A DNA stretch of 64,000 nt from the human T2T-CHM13v2.0 reference genome, Homo sapiens, in the NCBI RefSeq assembly GCF_009914755.1, contig NC_060933.1, one strand, 5' to 3'. Below the pieces are notes generated by a model that searched no databases, was not told the origin of the DNA, and saw only the letters and a list, made by a program, of their open reading frames with translations. This document shows, piece by piece, positions 54,463 through 64,000 of this stretch. Within the stretch, counting starts at the first letter, position 1; the number at the start of each line of letters is the position of its first letter. The position numbers and the translations under genes are program-made.

Positions 54463-54922
54463 CTAGTGACATGCTTTGACATACAAGCTGATGTCCACAA
54501 GTCTGGTTTTAGTTTTCACTGTCATGTCAGGGGTGCACCTGCTGAGTGCAAGGACTTGTACCCCCTGGGATGGCCCAGACTGTGCCTCCTGGGCAGCAGA
54601 AAGTCACCAGTTAGAGGGCTCATCTCTGAGTGAAATCAATTCCTGATTGAGTGGAAGGGGTCAGCTTGGGTGACACTCAACAGGCTTTCAACAACAACCC
54701 AAATAGGAAGAAATCAAAACACCTGGTATTGATGGGGACAGTCCCCCTCTGAAGTGGCAGAGGTCACTGACACAGAGCCAAAACAAGCACCTTGGCAGAG
54801 GGGACTCTTGTCTTCAGGCAGAGCTGTAGGAGCCAGTGCTATGTCCTGGACTAGCTTGTGTGGCCTTGGGCAAGTCCCCGCACCTCTCTGGGGCTCCTCC
54901 CATCACTTGCACAGAGAGCTGA

Positions 54923-55152
<230 letters not shown>

Positions 55153-55983
55153 TGACCTCAAGTGATCTGCCCGCCTCAGCCTCCCAAAGTGCTGGGATTA
55201 CAGGTGTGAGCCACCATACCCAGTGGAGAGATGATTTCTAAGGGCCCCCCCAACATGGGATCAGAAATCAGGAGCCCTGACCCCTGACCATGGTCCTGCC
55301 TCCCACATGGTAAGTGGGATTGGGCACCTCAGTGAGTCTCTGCATCAGTGTCTCCATCTGTAACACAGGGGCACATGCCACACCTCAGAAATAATACGGT
55401 GCCCTGAAACCCAGAATAACAAACACATAGTGCACCCAGCGATCCACAGCCTTGAACCTCACTGGGCAAATTCCACAGTCTTAAGGCAAGTAGGGGAAAT
55501 GGAGCCAGCTCCCCTTGGGGAAAAAAATGAGAGCTTTCAAAGAGAGACAAATAACTTGCAATTTAAATGCATAAGAGACCAGGCTGTGCCACCACATATG
55601 CAGATAGATGCAAATGATATGCAAATAGCTCAAGTAAGCCTGAGTTTGCCAATATCCTTTGCCAAGCAGCCAGTTTTGGGATCAGCCAGGTCTGATCTGT
55701 GCCAGCAGCTCACATCTGGGGCCCAGAGGCCTTGGGTGAATGTTCAACGGCACCTCCTCCAGGAAGCCTTCCAAGACCCAGCAGTTCTTGGCCCCCTCTC
55801 CACTCTCCCCAGGGCTTGGAGTCTGCCTCTGAATCATCTGCAGGATGGTTCCTTCTCCGCCTCCATGAGCTCCCAAAGGTAGGGACTCCCTCTTGTTCAC
55901 CACCACAACTGCAACTGGTACAAAGCCTGGCAGTAAGTAGGCACCAGGGCTGTGGGCCAAGTGGACACGGGAAGGCAGGATGA

Positions 55984-56145
<162 letters not shown>

Positions 56146-56686
56146 TGAGTAGCTGGGATGACAGGTGTGCCCCACCATGCCCGGCTGATTTTTTTATTTT
56201 TAGTAAAGACGGGGTTTCACCATGTTGGCCAGGCTGGTCTCAAACTCCTGACCTCAGGTGATCCGCCTGCCTCGGCCTCCCAAAGTGCTTGGATTACAGG
56301 CATGAGCCACCGCACCTGGCTAGGTGGATGAATTCATTTCTAAGTCCTCCTTCATTCAGGACAGGGCTGAGCCCTCTTCAGGGCCTTCAGCTGTCTTGTC
56401 ACCCAACAATGAGTGACATTCAGCATCAGTCTCTCGTTACCAATGAAGATGCAGGGGCTGAAGCTTGCAAGTGACTGATGTAATTAATACATGAAGCAGG
56501 AAAACCTCCCTTCGGTTGATATCACGACTTCCTTACCCTCCCTTTCGTTCCACCATCCTTTCTGGGGTGGGCCAGGGCCTGATGCAGATGAGGTGTACAG
56601 TAAATATTGGTTGACAAATGAATAAGCAGACGAACCCCATGAATGAATGGGTGCATGAATGAACAAACAAGTGAGATTTCCGCTAG

Positions 56687-57091
<405 letters not shown>

Positions 57092-58019
57092 TGAACTTCA
57101 AGACTGTGGCAGACACTGTTTGTGCCACATCACATCCCCTCGGCCGCCTCTGATCGGGGCTGCAGCACGGGTTCCACCTCCTGCTGGCCAGGGGCCTCCT
57201 CCCACAGGTCCTTCCTGCCTTGGGGGGTGAAGGTTCCTGGAGCAAACTTCCGCAGTGGAGGGCAGGAACCAGCAGATACCCCCACCTGGAATCTTCCAGA
57301 AGACGATTCTGGGAGGCATTCTGTTTGCTTCCAGAATTCCCAGAGGCATCCAGCCTCCCCTCCCAGACAGCAGCCATCTCAGACACACACACCTCCATCT
57401 CTCCTCCTCCCCTGCCACACTCTCCTTCCTCCTGGCATTGCCCCCAAGTCCTTAATGCAGGCTCTGCTTTCAAGGGACCCCAAATTAGGACAGAGGTATA
57501 AAAAAAATCTCACATGGCAGTGCCCCTCACAGATATGGTATAAATGCGAAGGTGGAAAATAGATTGAGAATGGCTCCTGTTCACAGCCAAAGTGAACCGT
57601 TTCATTCGGAAGCCAGGGTTGAGTGGTGCTGAACAAGCACTCACTCATTCATTCATTCATTCTTGGCCACGTGCTCTGTGCTAGGTACTGAGGACATCAC
57701 ACAAGGCCCCACCCTCATGGCCCCCACAGCCTGATGGTGAAGACAGAGACTGGGCGAATCATCACGCGGGGAATCGTTTCATGGATGGGTGATCGGCTAA
57801 GCACCGTCTTTGAACCTCAGACTACTTGGCTTTTCTGGGGGCCCAACTGTGCCCACTTATGGGTGAGAAAACTGGGGCCTGGAGTGCAGGGAGGGGCCTG
57901 TTGTCGTAGGAAGGTCAGACAGGTCAAAAGTGGTGGAGCTGAGGCCTGAACCCACAGCATCTAATCCGGAGCCGGCAGAGGCCCCTTGGCCCTCAGATCT
58001 GCCGAGGAGTCACCTGGCC

Positions 58020-58675
<656 letters not shown>

Positions 58676-60309
58676 CCTGGCCTCCGCTGTGTCACCACCG
58701 CTTGCCTTGTGACCTTGAGCAAGTCCCTTCTCATCTCTAAGTCTCCATGAGTTCCTCCCGGTGTGTCTTGGTCAGACAGCTATCACGGAGGGAAAGTGCA
58801 TTGTAACCTCACTGTGAGCCGGCCACTGTAACCTTCCTTCCAGTCATCTGCCCTGGCCACCAAGGGACCCACACAGACAAAGTTGCTGAACTTGCATCTC
58901 TTGCTTTTGAGGGGGCACAGGTTTGGGGAGACAGACATCTGGTTCCCATTGTGGAAACAGATCTCTCCTCCCAAGCTTGGGCTCTAGAACCCCACCCCGG
59001 AGAGGGAGAGGGGCGGGGCTGGGGAGGAGCCAGTGATCAAGTTTTCCCCTGCCTCCACCCTTTTTTTTTTTCTTTTTAGAGCAGTTTTAGGTTCACAGCA
59101 AAACTGAGAGGAAGGTGTTGAGACATTTCATATGTCCCTTGCCCCAACCATGCATAGCCTCCCATTATCAATGTCCCTACCAGATGTGTTAGTTGAGAAC
59201 CCACACTGACACATCATTATCACCCAACATTCTCTGCCCTTTTTTTTAGTGTGTCAAAACAGGTGAGGCTCTCTCACTTCGTCAAAGGTCTGCTCCTTCT
59301 CACCCTCCCCCAGGCTGAGCTCTTACGAGGACTAATTAGAGTCCATTTTAACCCAAATGACCTGTCACCTCCCTATTAAAATGCCAGACGACAGTTCTGC
59401 TCCTGCAGTATCTGGGACCATCTGGGACAGGGGAGTGAGGTTAAGGTTGGGTTTAGTAAGGGGCCTGCCACGGCTGCTTTAATGTTGTAAAGTGCAAAGT
59501 TGGTGCTTGGAGCTGGTGGAGTGGGAATGCGGCTTGCTCGTTGGCGCATTAGACACACATCTCTCCAGCGCCTTGGATGTTTATGCAGCTACTGTGAGGA
59601 TGCTGGAGATACAGAGAGGAGAGGAGGCCGGCCTCGCCCCCAGGGAGTGCAAGTCTGGTGCAGCAGAGAAGACAGCAAGTAAACAGCCACAGTGAAGTGC
59701 CAGGGCCTGCAGGGGACGCGTGGGCAATGTGTGTGGGTGGACGTTCAGCCTGGGCCAGACGGTGGGAGCAGGAAGTTCAAAGCAGGGTGGCACGGAGCCT
59801 CTGATCAGGTGTGTGGCTGGAGGGCAGAATGCCAGAGAGACTGGCCAGCCGTGAGATGGGACCCGAGGCAGGTTGGGTCCAGGCCAGGGTGGGCCTTCAA
59901 TACCAGGTTCAAGAGTATGAATATGGTCCTTTGTTCTCTAAGACTTCTGCTCCAAACAGCAGGACTGCTTGGCACAATTGCCAATTAGGTAGAAATGGGG
60001 CAATTCCATTCCATTTCCCCAATATTCATGGACCACTATTGATGGTCTGCTGCAGGGAATACAGAGATGCAAAAAGCATTTTTATTTTTATTTTTTATTT
60101 TTTTGAGACAGAGTCTTGCTCTGTTGCTCAGGCTAGAGTACAGTGGTGCAATCTCAGCTCACAGCAACCTCTGCCTCCCGGGTTCCAGTGAGTCTCCTGC
60201 CTCAGCCTCCTGAGTAGCTGGGACTACAAGCACATGCCACCACGCCCAGCTAATTTTTGTAACAAAAAGCATTTTTAAGGAAACCAAAAAATAGCCAAAC
60301 AAAACCCTG

Positions 60310-64000
<3,691 letters not shown>

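Overview
Human (primate) euchromatic DNA: GC-rich, very Alu-dense (roughly 45 Alu copies or fragments), with MIR, L2, old L1M, MaLR/ERV LTRs and hAT DNA transposon fossils. I find no credible protein-coding gene; the long ORFs trace to CpG islands, TG/CA microsatellites, Alus or an LTR. I recognise 23491-23792 from memory as exon 1 of the lncRNA LINC00963 (MetaLnc9, 9q34.11), because it contains sequences I recall as commonly used LINC00963 qPCR primer sites; this needs BLAT confirmation. The sequence supports a + strand spliced unit from a CpG-island promoter near 23.17 kb (donor after 23808) to an AATAAA at 48186. Most candidate downstream exons are built from transposons (MIR/L2, a fossil Alu monomer, antisense L1 plus Alu). 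Two more CpG islands (about 16.6-17.8 and 30.3-31.4 kb) look like alternative promoters or enhancers. I do not see a convincing new multi-component biological system. The best leads are: a ~164-bp higher-order TG-rich minisatellite dense in TGCACAC motifs; a FAM insertion whose target-site duplication copies an AP-1 site beside a donor and acceptor only 27 nt apart; a strong-Kozak 29-codon ORF at the first AUG of exon 1; a helically phased octamer triplet; a MER52-like solo LTR just past the poly(A) signal; and several Alu rearrangement scars. Repeat boundaries and subfamily names are by eye and approximate.
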